This document shows, one piece after another, positions 56,607 to 64,000 of a stretch of 64,000 nt of DNA. Within the stretch, counting starts at the first letter, position 1. Every line of letters begins with the position of its first letter. The notes under the pieces are model-generated. The model searched no databases. It had not been told where the DNA came from and saw nothing but the letters and a program-made list of their open reading frames with translations. Both the position numbers and the translations under genes were made by a program. Source of the stretch: a virus (lineage: Duplodnaviria; Caudoviricetes); the IMG/VR virus record IMGVR_UViG_2974786931_000001, positions 103,774 to 167,773 of that record, one strand, 5' to 3'.

Positions 56607-58502
56607 ATGGCAGATTTAACAAGAATACAATTCAAACGTTCTAAAACCGCTAATAAGGTTCCAGCTTTTGCAGATATAGCCGAAGGTGAATTAGCTATTA
56701 ACTTAACTGATAAACGAATTTTCAGTAATGATGGCACTTCTATTATTGAATTAGGTTTTTCTAAAGGTGGGACTGTTGATGGCGATATCATCGCTAAAAA
56801 TATCACTGCAGTTAATACCATTGAAGTAAAAAATATTCAAGGTGCTGCTAAATCTTTAAAATTAACAAATACAAAAACATTAACAGAAAACGTTTATGTT
56901 AGAGCATTTGAAAATGCAACATATAACGGGATTGAATTAGGCGCTGAAAATTTACCATCAACTACTCTTCAACTCCAATTACCTAAAAGTGGCGCTGCTG
57001 GAACTTTAGTTATTAATGGCGCAGTTAACTTAGTAAATAACACAATATCAAATGTTGGGGTATTAGACACATCAACTACTATTGATGGCGCGGCAGTTGT
57101 TATTAGAGGAAATACTGGCATTGCCAGAACAATTGAAGGCCGATTGGATAATACTACTTCTTGGACAATTGGTAAAGCATCAAAAACTGATAATATATTT
57201 TCTTTAAGATATTATGGATCAATTCCAGGTGCGCTTAACACTCAATTATTAATGGATGGGATTACCACAAGAATAACAGGAACTCCATTAAATGTCGATT
57301 CTAGTATAGCTGCTGGTTTCGTAGGTTCTTCATCTTTAGGTTCTGGTTCTATTGCATTAATTTCTGCAAATAGTGGTATAGTTGGGACAGCAGATGGTAT
57401 AGGCATAACAGTTGACCAGAAATCATTCTTAAAAACTTCTTTGGCCTCATTATCAATAAATGCAAGTTATCCTATTGTAGTTAATTATCCATCTGTTAAT
57501 AAAGCTCAAGTATCTTTATTTTCTGGTCCTGGTTTAGTATCTGATTTAGGCATAAATATTGGAACTGATGTTGCTCCAAGTTATTCGCATTACCTAAGAG
57601 GAACTGGTCGGGTAGATATAGAATCTAGTCTTGGGCTATATGTAAAAAATAATAGTATAACAGCTGCTGATATTCAAATAACCCCTAAAATAACTTCTAT
57701 GATTACCAATGCTACGCCTACAAGAAGTATTTGGATGCGTGGGCGTTCTGACTTAAATGCTACTATTTGGCAAACATCAGTTCTAGGTAATACATATAAG
57801 ATTGGCGGCGGGGTTGCAGAAGATGCACCCGGATTAACTGTTGATAGTAGTGGTATGGTAAATACTAATAGACTTCAACTTAACGGCACTGTTGGCAATA
57901 CAATTACCATCCCAACAATGACTAACGGAAATGCTGTAAATGGATTAGCTACACCAGCAGCATTGTATCTTCCTGCAACAGAGTCTCAACAGACAATTGG
58001 CGTTAAATGGACTATTCCTGGTGAAAGAAATGTGTGTGCTCTTGGCGTTTATCCTAGACCTGTTGTTGGCAATACAGATTTATTCCAGATTTCAATGGCT
58101 AATGCATGTTTTAGATTTGATTCAACAGGTAGTTTAATTGCATTAGGCGGAGCAGATTATTCTAACAATAATTTGTGGCGATTGATGCCTGATGGGCGAG
58201 CAAGTTTTATTGACGTAGAAATTCGTTCTGATATAAGACATAAATCGAATATTAACTCTATTGAAAATGCTCTAGAAAAAGTTCAATCATTAGATGGTTT
58301 AGAATATGACTTACTTTTAGGTGATGGTTCACTATCTCGTTCTGCTGGTGTTTCTGCACAGGATGTAGAAAAAATTCTTCCACAACTTGTTTCAGAAGAT
58401 GAAGCTGGACGTAAGAATTTAAAATATAATGGCTTAATTGGTTTGTTAGTTAATGCTGTTAAAGAACTAAAAGCTGAAGTAGACGAGTTAAAATCTCGAT
58501 AA
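56607..58502 (+). CDS. 37: Long tail fibre distal subunit gp37 with C-terminal intramolecular chaperone (peptidase S74-type)
   Basis: RIQFKRSK...EGELAINLTDKRIF N-terminus; RSDIRHKSNI...AGVSAQDV...YNGLIGLLVNAVKEL. Confidence 0.93.
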   Translation: MADLTRIQFKRSKTANKVPAFADIAEGELAINLTDKRIFSNDGTSIIELGFSKGGTVDGDIIAKNITAVNTIEVKNIQGAAKSLKLTNTKTLTENVYVRAFENATYNGIELGAENLPSTTLQLQLPKSGAAGTLVINGAVNLVNNTISNVGVLDTSTTIDGAAVVIRGNTGIARTIEGRLDNTTSWTIGKASKTDNIFSLRYYGSIPGALNTQLLMDGITTRITGTPLNVDSSIAAGFVGSSSLGSGSIALISANSGIVGTADGIGITVDQKSFLKTSLASLSINASYPIVVNYPSVNKAQVSLFSGPGLVSDLGINIGTDVAPSYSHYLRGTGRVDIESSLGLYVKNNSITAADIQITPKITSMITNATPTRSIWMRGRSDLNATIWQTSVLGNTYKIGGGVAEDAPGLTVDSSGMVNTNRLQLNGTVGNTITIPTMTNGNAVNGLATPAALYLPATESQQTIGVKWTIPGERNVCALGVYPRPVVGNTDLFQISMANACFRFDSTGSLIALGGADYSNNNLWRLMPDGRASFIDVEIRSDIRHKSNINSIENALEKVQSLDGLEYDLLLGDGSLSRSAGVSAQDVEKILPQLVSEDEAGRKNLKYNGLIGLLVNAVKELKAEVDELKSR

Positions 58503-58508
58503 AAATTT

Positions 58509-58529
58509 GGCCTCTTAGGAGGCCTTTTT
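58509..58529 (+). terminator. Terminator after gene 37
   Basis: GGCCTC-ttag-GAGGCC-TTTTT. Confidence 0.85.
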
Positions 58530-58533
58530 GCTT

Positions 58534-58541
58534 TATAAATA
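58534..58541 (+). promoter_or_regulatory. Late promoter for t
   Basis: Exact TATAAATA. Confidence 0.85.
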
Positions 58542-58567
58542 TATACACAACTGATTGAGGAGGAAAC

Positions 58568-59224
58568 ATGAGTTCGCCACGTGTTACTATCGGCATAGCG
58601 GATTTATTATTTGGACTATTAGATAGATTATTTAAAGATAACGCCACCGGAAAAGTTTTAGCATCTAGAGTAGCAACAGTAATTGTATTGTTTGTATTAG
58701 CAATATTTTGGTTTAAAGGTGAAACACTTTTAGAAGTGTATAAACAATCAAAATACGAAACATACTCAACTGTTCTCAAAAAAGATAGAGATGTGAAATT
58801 TAATACAATTGCACTAGAACAACTTCAAATTGTACACGTCTCAAGCAACGCTGACTTTTCTGCTATATATTCTTTTAGACCCCCTGATTTAAACTATTTT
58901 GTAGATATGGTTGCATACGAAGGAAAGTTGCCATCTACTGTAAATGAGAAAAATCTTGGCGGGTTTCCTGTAGATAAAACATCTGCGGAATATAATAGGC
59001 ATCTTAGAGGAGCTAACTTTAGTTCAAATAGTGAATTTGTATTTTTGCCATCTAAACTTAAGGAAGAAGATGTAAAATATATGTATTCGTGTCCTATATT
59101 TAATTTGAATAACGTTTATGCCGGTGCAGTAAGTATGTATTGGTATTCGATTCCAAGTATAAAAGAAGAAAGACTTGCCGCTATTTGTGGACAAGCCTCT
59201 CGTACGTTAGGCAGATCAAGATAA
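58568..59224 (+). CDS. t: Holin T
   Basis: LFGLLDRLFKDNATGKVLASRV, single TM, ALEQLQIVHVSS, ICGQASRTLGR. Confidence 0.97.
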   Translation: MSSPRVTIGIADLLFGLLDRLFKDNATGKVLASRVATVIVLFVLAIFWFKGETLLEVYKQSKYETYSTVLKKDRDVKFNTIALEQLQIVHVSSNADFSAIYSFRPPDLNYFVDMVAYEGKLPSTVNEKNLGGFPVDKTSAEYNRHLRGANFSSNSEFVFLPSKLKEEDVKYMYSCPIFNLNNVYAGAVSMYWYSIPSIKEERLAAICGQASRTLGRSR

Positions 59225-59235
59225 AGCATGGACGC

Positions 59236-59505
59236 TTATCTTGCGAAAAATTCTAGATAACGATAAATATCTTCATAACCAGTATTAAACTCTTCAATCA
59301 ACATTTCTTTTTCTTCAACAGTCAACCCATCAACTAATTTCTTAAAATTAGCTCCATTCAAAGTACGTCCAAACTCATTACGAATTCCTGCTTCATTCAA
59401 GAAAGCGATAAACCCATCGCGTGATGTCAAAATATCATCACAATCAGTTTTAATAAGAATAGACACAATAGTAACAATTTCTCGAATGATTTCTAGCTTA
59501 GTCAT
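59236..59505 (-). CDS. asiA: Anti-sigma70 factor AsiA
   Basis: IIREIVTIVSILIK...DDIL..R..FIAFLNE.G, LIEEFN.GYEDIYRYL. Confidence 0.95.
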   Translation of the reverse strand: MTKLEIIREIVTIVSILIKTDCDDILTSRDGFIAFLNEAGIRNEFGRTLNGANFKKLVDGLTVEEKEMLIEEFNTGYEDIYRYLEFFAR

Positions 59506-59550
59506 TATAATTTCCTACAACTTAAAGGATTGCTTTGTTTCAACAGAAGT

Positions 59551-59580
59551 ATAATATCACTTTGTGGGAGTATTGTACAT
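59551..59580 (-). promoter_or_regulatory. Early promoter for asiA
   Basis: TGTACA-17 nt-(TGa)TATTAT. Confidence 0.75.
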
Positions 59581-59724
59581 CTCTAACTTTTGATCTAAAA
59601 AAGCTTCGCCTACATTATATAGGTTTATCTGAGAATCATTTGAATCTTTAATCATTTTAACTATGTTAATCTGACTTTCACGTAATCGTTGGGCTTCTAT
59701 AACTTGTTCTAGATTATGACTCAT
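59557..59724 (-). CDS. asiA.1: AsiA.1-like hypothetical protein
   Basis: MSHNLEQVIE N-terminus; start 59724 after SD AAGGT. Confidence 0.75.
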   Translation of the reverse strand: MSHNLEQVIEAQRLRESQINIVKMIKDSNDSQINLYNVGEAFLDQKLEMYNTPTK

Positions 59725-59833
59725 AAAATTCACCTTTATGTTTCTTCTTACGATTAGATTCTTTAGACGCTTTCTTCTTATCTTTATGGACAGAAGCTTT
59801 ATTAAAGTCATGCTTTGCTACATAATTGTTCAT
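59714..59833 (-). CDS. arn.1: Arn.1 small basic protein (39 aa, not in ORF track)
   Basis: Translated by hand: MNNYVAKHDFNKASVHKDKKKASKESNRKKKHKGEFYES. Confidence 0.82.
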   Translation of the reverse strand: MNNYVAKHDFNKASVHKDKKKASKESNRKKKHKGEFYES

Positions 59834-59838
59834 AATGA

Positions 59839-60153
59839 TTACTGACCTTGCATTTCACTATATAATTGTTTTACATGACGTATTAATCCTGCTATCATAC
59901 TATCATTCATGTGAATATACATATCACGTAAAAATGGTTTCATATCATTACTACATTTATTCCATGGACTCGCTGGGCTAGATATATCTCTAATAAAATC
60001 TGTTTCTAAAGCTATCCAACCTGTAGAATTAGTTAATGTGCCCCAATCAGCTAGCATTATTACATTAGCATTTTTGATGGCTTCAATTTGGGCTTCAATT
60101 ATTTCGATTTCTTTAAGTTTAAGAGCTTTAATTACATAAGGTAATTCTTTCAT
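59839..60153 (-). CDS. Hypothetical protein (arn region)
   Basis: 104 aa, start overlaps previous stop. Confidence 0.7.
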   Translation of the reverse strand: MKELPYVIKALKLKEIEIIEAQIEAIKNANVIMLADWGTLTNSTGWIALETDFIRDISSPASPWNKCSNDMKPFLRDMYIHMNDSMIAGLIRHVKQLYSEMQGQ

Positions 60154-60569
60154 TAATATAAATCCTCACTAAATAATTCATCTTCAGGCCATGTCTTAGG
60201 ACGATGGCGACCTATTTGGTTTGCATTAGTGGCAATAATTAAAGCTTCTTTTCGTGTCCAATAATTAGAATATTGGTCAATAAAACCTTGATTTAAATCA
60301 TAAGCCATTTTAGACTGAATTTGTCCGGATTCAAGAAGCAAATCGATAATGTGATGGTGTTCACGACTGTAATGCCTAACACAAGGAATAATCAACTCAG
60401 AGCCGTCTGCTTTAAAGTAACGATTAGCTGCTGATACAATATATCGATCTGCATATTCAATAGGGGTTATCCAGACCAATTCCTGCTTAGTAATATCAGT
60501 CAAAAAACCATCCTTTAATTTTAGCCAATAATGATGGTTTTTTAGATAATCCCCATCGTTTAAATTCAT
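60153..60569 (-). CDS. Conserved phage hypothetical protein
   Basis: IVSAANRY...CVRHYS...QGFIDQY..YWTRKEA...LFSEDLY; true start may be TTG 60503. Confidence 0.75.
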   Translation of the reverse strand: MNLNDGDYLKNHHYWLKLKDGFLTDITKQELVWITPIEYADRYIVSAANRYFKADGSELIIPCVRHYSREHHHIIDLLLESGQIQSKMAYDLNQGFIDQYSNYWTRKEALIIATNANQIGRHRPKTWPEDELFSEDLY

Positions 60570-60831
60570 TGTCAGTTTTAAAACTATTCACTCTTAATGA
60601 TTCTGTTACATAAGCCAGGGCCACAAACTGGTTGATAGCTGAATTATAGTTAGTTTTAACCATACTGACCCGTTGCATATCAATTACTGTCAATCGTGAC
60701 AAATACTGTCCGTCGGTTTTATGAATATAACCTAAATATTGTCCTCTGAACCAAATATCCCACACACTATTATTTACATCTTTTTCGGCACAAGCTTTTA
60801 ATTCATTAAGTATCGATAAATGCTTATTCAT
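60496..60831 (-). CDS. arn.4: Arn.4-like hypothetical protein
   Basis: NELKACAE...WDIWFRGQYLG...KIKGWF. Confidence 0.78.
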   Translation of the reverse strand: MNKHLSILNELKACAEKDVNNSVWDIWFRGQYLGYIHKTDGQYLSRLTVIDMQRVSMVKTNYNSAINQFVALAYVTESLRVNSFKTDNEFKRWGLSKKPSLLAKIKGWFFD

Positions 60832-60833
60832 GA

Positions 60834-61466
60834 TTAAGCCTTAAGAACTCTGATTAATGTTTGGATGTTTTCAGATGTTGTAGCGATATCTAAGTAAATA
60901 TTCTTACCACCAATCTTAGAAGTGAATCCTACATCAGTGAATTTTTTAGCAAATTCTTCAGACATATTGTATCCGAAGATACGAATCATATCTGCACGAC
61001 GTACTTCTACTTGACGGATTCCATGAGAACATTTGTTAATTTTAACTTCTAAGTTAGAACGATTCTCACCAATTCCTTTAACATCGAAATCAAGTTCTTC
61101 TAAACCAACTTTAATAGTTTCAGCAAAAGCTTGCATAGTATCAGTTACACCACGCGCTTGTCGCGTTTTACGAGCTTTTAACAATTCTGGATTATTTTCT
61201 TCAGCAAAAAGAACTGCAGCTTTCTGAACAATATCCATTGCATCGCCAGTTGTGACGAAACCATCACCTGACTTTTCGATTAAACCTTTCTTAATCAAAA
61301 CACCGATATTGGAATTAACTGAAGCTGCACTTAAAGTATCAGCTAGAGCATCACGAACTTCGCCAGAGGTGATGAAGTTAGTTTTCAATATAACCATTAA
61401 GATAGAAGCAGTTTTTTCATTCAGGGCGTCTTGAGAAGCTTTTACGATATAAGTTAATTTAGACAT
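60834..61466 (-). CDS. motA: Activator of middle transcription MotA
   Basis: MSKLTYIVKASQDALNEKTA...VNSNIGVLIKKGLIEKSGDG; start 61466 after SD GGAG. Confidence 0.96.
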   Translation of the reverse strand: MSKLTYIVKASQDALNEKTASILMVILKTNFITSGEVRDALADTLSAASVNSNIGVLIKKGLIEKSGDGFVTTGDAMDIVQKAAVLFAEENNPELLKARKTRQARGVTDTMQAFAETIKVGLEELDFDVKGIGENRSNLEVKINKCSHGIRQVEVRRADMIRIFGYNMSEEFAKKFTDVGFTSKIGGKNIYLDIATTSENIQTLIRVLKA

Positions 61467-61467
61467 T

Positions 61468-61989
61468 TTAAACTCCGTTTGTTTTAGCCACACGTTTAGT
61501 TTCTGACTTCTTAGATACACTTTTAGATACACTAGGGGCTAAATATTGAACTACTTCATCAAGAGTCATTAATTGTTCTTTTTGAGATTTAAATTCTAAT
61601 ACCCAACTAGTAACAAATCCTCCTTTAGATCTAAGATTAGTTGTAGCTTTTGGCTCACATCCTAATTCTTTACATTTTGCTTTCCACACTGCGTCATGGC
61701 CATGGCCTGGGGTTAATGCATGAGCTATTTCATGAATAATGGTATTTTCTGTTTCAGAAGAATCTACGCAAAAGAAATATCTAGCTTGCATGATTATCAC
61801 TTTACGATAACTATTGCAATAACCTATATTATTACGTTTCATAGATGTAACAATTTTAAAGGTCCAATCTGACAAGCCATGAGCATTTAATAATTCATTA
61901 GCAAATAAAGTAGCACTTTCAATAGAATGATAATTAAAGCCGTTATGATTGAAAAATTCTTTTTTATTTACACGTTCTAATAAATTCAT
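61468..61989 (-). CDS. SprT-like zinc metallopeptidase-domain protein
   Basis: GLSDWTF...GYCN...TIIHEIAHALTPGHGHDAVWK...LGC. Confidence 0.85.
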   Translation of the reverse strand: MNLLERVNKKEFFNHNGFNYHSIESATLFANELLNAHGLSDWTFKIVTSMKRNNIGYCNSYRKVIIMQARYFFCVDSSETENTIIHEIAHALTPGHGHDAVWKAKCKELGCEPKATTNLRSKGGFVTSWVLEFKSQKEQLMTLDEVVQYLAPSVSKSVSKKSETKRVAKTNGV

Positions 61990-62012
61990 TTTAATCTCCT
62001 TCGTTTTGATAG

Positions 62013-62045
62013 AGCTATACTATCATAGCTAAAGCAAAAGTAAAC
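62013..62045 (-). promoter_or_regulatory. Early promoter for the SprT-motA operon
   Basis: GTTTAC...(TGa)TAGTAT then cassette CTATCAAAACGAAGGAG; spacer contains TTTGCTTTA. Confidence 0.75.
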
Positions 62046-62116
62046 TGAAAGATTAAAAATATTTTTGAGTGCAGGAAAGAGGCAGGAAGATTTAATTTAA
62101 GAGGAGATAGAAACAT

Positions 62117-62142
62117 AAAAGGGAAGCTTTTTAGCTTCCCTT
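62117..62142 (-). terminator. Terminator after the gene 52 operon
   Basis: AAGGGAAGCT-aaaa-AGCTTCCCTTTT. Confidence 0.88.
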
Positions 62143-62147
62143 CGGTC

Positions 62148-62228
62148 TTAGATAAAGATTAGGAATCCTGACATACAAAATCCAATAAATCCTAATACAA
62201 TAATTGATAAAACTATTGACATAAACAT
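62148..62228 (-). CDS. 26-aa single-TM peptide
   Basis: MFMSIVLSIIVLGFIGFCMSGFLIFI; start overlaps gp52 stop (TAATG). Confidence 0.5.
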   Translation of the reverse strand: MFMSIVLSIIVLGFIGFCMSGFLIFI

Positions 62229-63607
62229 TATGTAACTAGTTCTGTTAAGTCTTTTTCGTACTCTGTTGTGGCATTAGTCTGTAACCAATATGAATGTTCG
62301 TCTTTTTTAGCTTTAGCTTCAAGAGCAAGCTTCTTGGCTTCGTCAGAAGTCATATGGTATAGATTCATGGCCACAAGTTTATCTGAATAAGGCTTAAAGT
62401 CTTCATTCGAATTCAATTCGTCTATCAAAGCTTTACGAGTTTTACCTTGGATAACAATAGTCCCATCTATGACTTGCTTAATGAACTTAGCTTTAGTTAA
62501 TGCTACATTGAAAGCTTCTTCAGATTCACAAATTTTTAAATCAATACGTTTTTGGACAAACGTCTTACGCACTTCAACGAAATCTTTAACTAAATCAGAA
62601 GATTTATCATAAACTTTCAATTTGCCTTGTTCATTAATAACCGTAAGGTTCTGCGAACGCCGTTCAATAAGTCCAAAGTCTTTCATAATCTTTTCATGAC
62701 GTTTTTCAGAATCTTCTGGGAGAGTGTAAGCACTTAAGATTTTAATCTTAAAGCCAAACCCTTCTTTAGAACAATCATCGTCATAATTGATATAGCCATT
62801 AACTTTCAATGGTTCTAGGATTTTAGTTATATAGGAATCTCTATCCCACTTATACGGAATTTCACTGATATACATCACAGAACGAGATGTGAATTTGTAG
62901 ATACCATGTAATTCACAACTATTGTCTTCAGTTTTAACAACTGTTCCTCTGAACATAGGGAATTGAACTTCAGGTTCTAGAGTTTCGCCTTTAAGGGCGG
63001 CTAAAACTGATTGTTTAACTGATTCAACAGAATGCGGAAGAATATTAGTTGCGTATCCTGTAGCAATACCTGAGACGCCATTCAACAAAACAGTAGGGAT
63101 AATAGGCAAATAATATGCAGGTGGAATATGTTCTTTGTCTTTATGAGGCGGAGCATATTCAGTATCTTTATACATTTTATAGAAATTATCCCCGACTCGT
63201 GCAAAAATATAACGACTTGCGCCAGCTTCTTGAACTAATCGAGACCCAAAGTTACCTTGACCATCTAGAAGTGGATAGTTATTGTTCCAGTCGTTTGCAA
63301 TCAATGCACCAGCATCTTGAGCAGAGCCTTCGCCATGATGGAATCCTAAGTCAGCTACGCCACCTGCGATTGAGGCTAGTTTATGAAACTTATCTTTGTT
63401 GCCACGAGCCAATTCAAGAGCCCGTGCAATAACAAAACGTTGCACAGGCTTAAATCCATCAATCATATTAGGGATAGCACGATTTTCAATAGTGTACATC
63501 GCAAAAGCTAAAGCTTCGTTATCGATAATACTTTTCAAATCACGCTTAGTAAGTGTCCCAGAAATATCTGACAACTGTTTGCCAATTATATCAAAAATAT
63601 CTGTCAT
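62228..63607 (-). CDS. 52: DNA topoisomerase II medium subunit gp52 (GyrA-like)
   Basis: RAIPNMIDGFKPVQR, HHGEGS, GQGNFGSR, ASRYI, LLNGVSGIATGYAT; start 63607. Confidence 0.97.
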   Translation of the reverse strand: MTDIFDIIGKQLSDISGTLTKRDLKSIIDNEALAFAMYTIENRAIPNMIDGFKPVQRFVIARALELARGNKDKFHKLASIAGGVADLGFHHGEGSAQDAGALIANDWNNNYPLLDGQGNFGSRLVQEAGASRYIFARVGDNFYKMYKDTEYAPPHKDKEHIPPAYYLPIIPTVLLNGVSGIATGYATNILPHSVESVKQSVLAALKGETLEPEVQFPMFRGTVVKTEDNSCELHGIYKFTSRSVMYISEIPYKWDRDSYITKILEPLKVNGYINYDDDCSKEGFGFKIKILSAYTLPEDSEKRHEKIMKDFGLIERRSQNLTVINEQGKLKVYDKSSDLVKDFVEVRKTFVQKRIDLKICESEEAFNVALTKAKFIKQVIDGTIVIQGKTRKALIDELNSNEDFKPYSDKLVAMNLYHMTSDEAKKLALEAKAKKDEHSYWLQTNATTEYEKDLTELVT

Positions 63608-63614
63608 AAGTATC

Positions 63615-63770
63615 CTATACGAAAATAAAACATACACTAATAATTAGTGAAAGTACAAAGCTAATTATACTGACAATAGCTGAAAGCATACTATACACCA
63701 CGAATACACCTCCTAAACTAATGAATATCATTACAACAACAAAAGCCCAAAATATTACAGACCAATTCAT
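63615..63770 (-). CDS. Small two-TM membrane protein (ac/52.1 region)
   Basis: 51 aa, almost entirely hydrophobic (MNWSVIFWAFVVVMIFISLGG...); SD AGGA. Confidence 0.65.
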   Translation of the reverse strand: MNWSVIFWAFVVVMIFISLGGVFVVYSMLSAIVSIISFVLSLIISVCFIFV

Positions 63771-63916
63771 TTTGTTTTCCTAAAGAGGGATTTAATAAAA
63801 AGAAGAGAAGAGACTAGAGCAAAAACTGTAACAGTCATGCTCATAGTAGGATTATTTAGAGATACAAAGAAGACTAAGCTCCATACTGCAATCATTAGAA
63901 TTTTTAAAAGTTTCAT
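63767..63916 (-). CDS. Small two-TM membrane protein (ac/52.1 region)
   Basis: 49 aa MKLLKILMIAVWSLVFFVSLNNPTMSMTVTVFALVSSLLFIKSLFRKTK; SD AAGGAG. Confidence 0.7.
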   Translation of the reverse strand: MKLLKILMIAVWSLVFFVSLNNPTMSMTVTVFALVSSLLFIKSLFRKTK

Positions 63917-63919
63917 ATT

Positions 63920-63971
63920 AGTCTCCTTTAGTTTATGAGTACATTATACACTATCTAAAGGAGACTGTACA
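63920..63971 (-). promoter_or_regulatory. Early promoter with stem-loop (PeSL-type)
   Basis: TGTACA-17 nt-TATAAT inside 12-bp inverted repeat AGTCTCCTTTAG/CTAAAGGAGACT. Confidence 0.85.
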
Positions 63972-64000
63972 TTTATTTATCAAATAATTGACTTTTACTT

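Noticed and set aside
62071-62110. Purine-rich imperfect repeat GCAGGAAAGA/GCAGGAAGA and a plus-strand GAGGAG
   Set aside because: No start codon or ORF follows and no structure is evident; too short to interpret.
1-64000. tRNA, rRNA genes or CRISPR arrays
   Set aside because: No cloverleaf-like or regularly spaced repeat sequences were seen in the intergenic gaps by eye; a tRNAscan/CRISPR finder run would confirm.

Overview
A 64-kb, AT-rich segment of a T4-like (Straboviridae/Tevenvirinae-type) lytic phage genome in nearly canonical T4 gene order. It runs through tail/head genes 18-24, rnlB, hoc, inh, uvsW/uvsY, baseplate genes 25-54, alt, DNA ligase, rIII/31/cd/pseT, spanins, alc, rnlA, denA, nrdB/nrdA/td/frd (all intron-less), 32/59/33/dsbA/rnh, long tail fibre genes 34-37 (no gene 38), holin t, asiA, motA and topoisomerase gene 52. 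T4-type early (GTTTAC...TAnnnT), middle (MotA box) and late (TATAAATA) promoters and many intrinsic terminators are visible. Two free-standing homing endonucleases are present: a Hef/Vsr-type one with a Mom/GNAT-like C-terminus between 23 and 24, and a GIY-YIG one between td and nrdA. The most striking non-canonical signal is the ~310-nt non-coding region between rIII and 30.9. It begins with a ~35-nt sequence closely resembling the ToxI pseudoknot antitoxin of type III toxin-antitoxin (ToxIN) systems, flanked by ToxN-type AAAU cleavage motifs and showing an apparent compensatory base change. Further hairpins, a second pseudoknot and then a small very basic protein follow, making this a candidate phage anti-defence RNA-decoy locus. 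Gene names come from my recognition of T4-family protein sequences and synteny, not from database searches.
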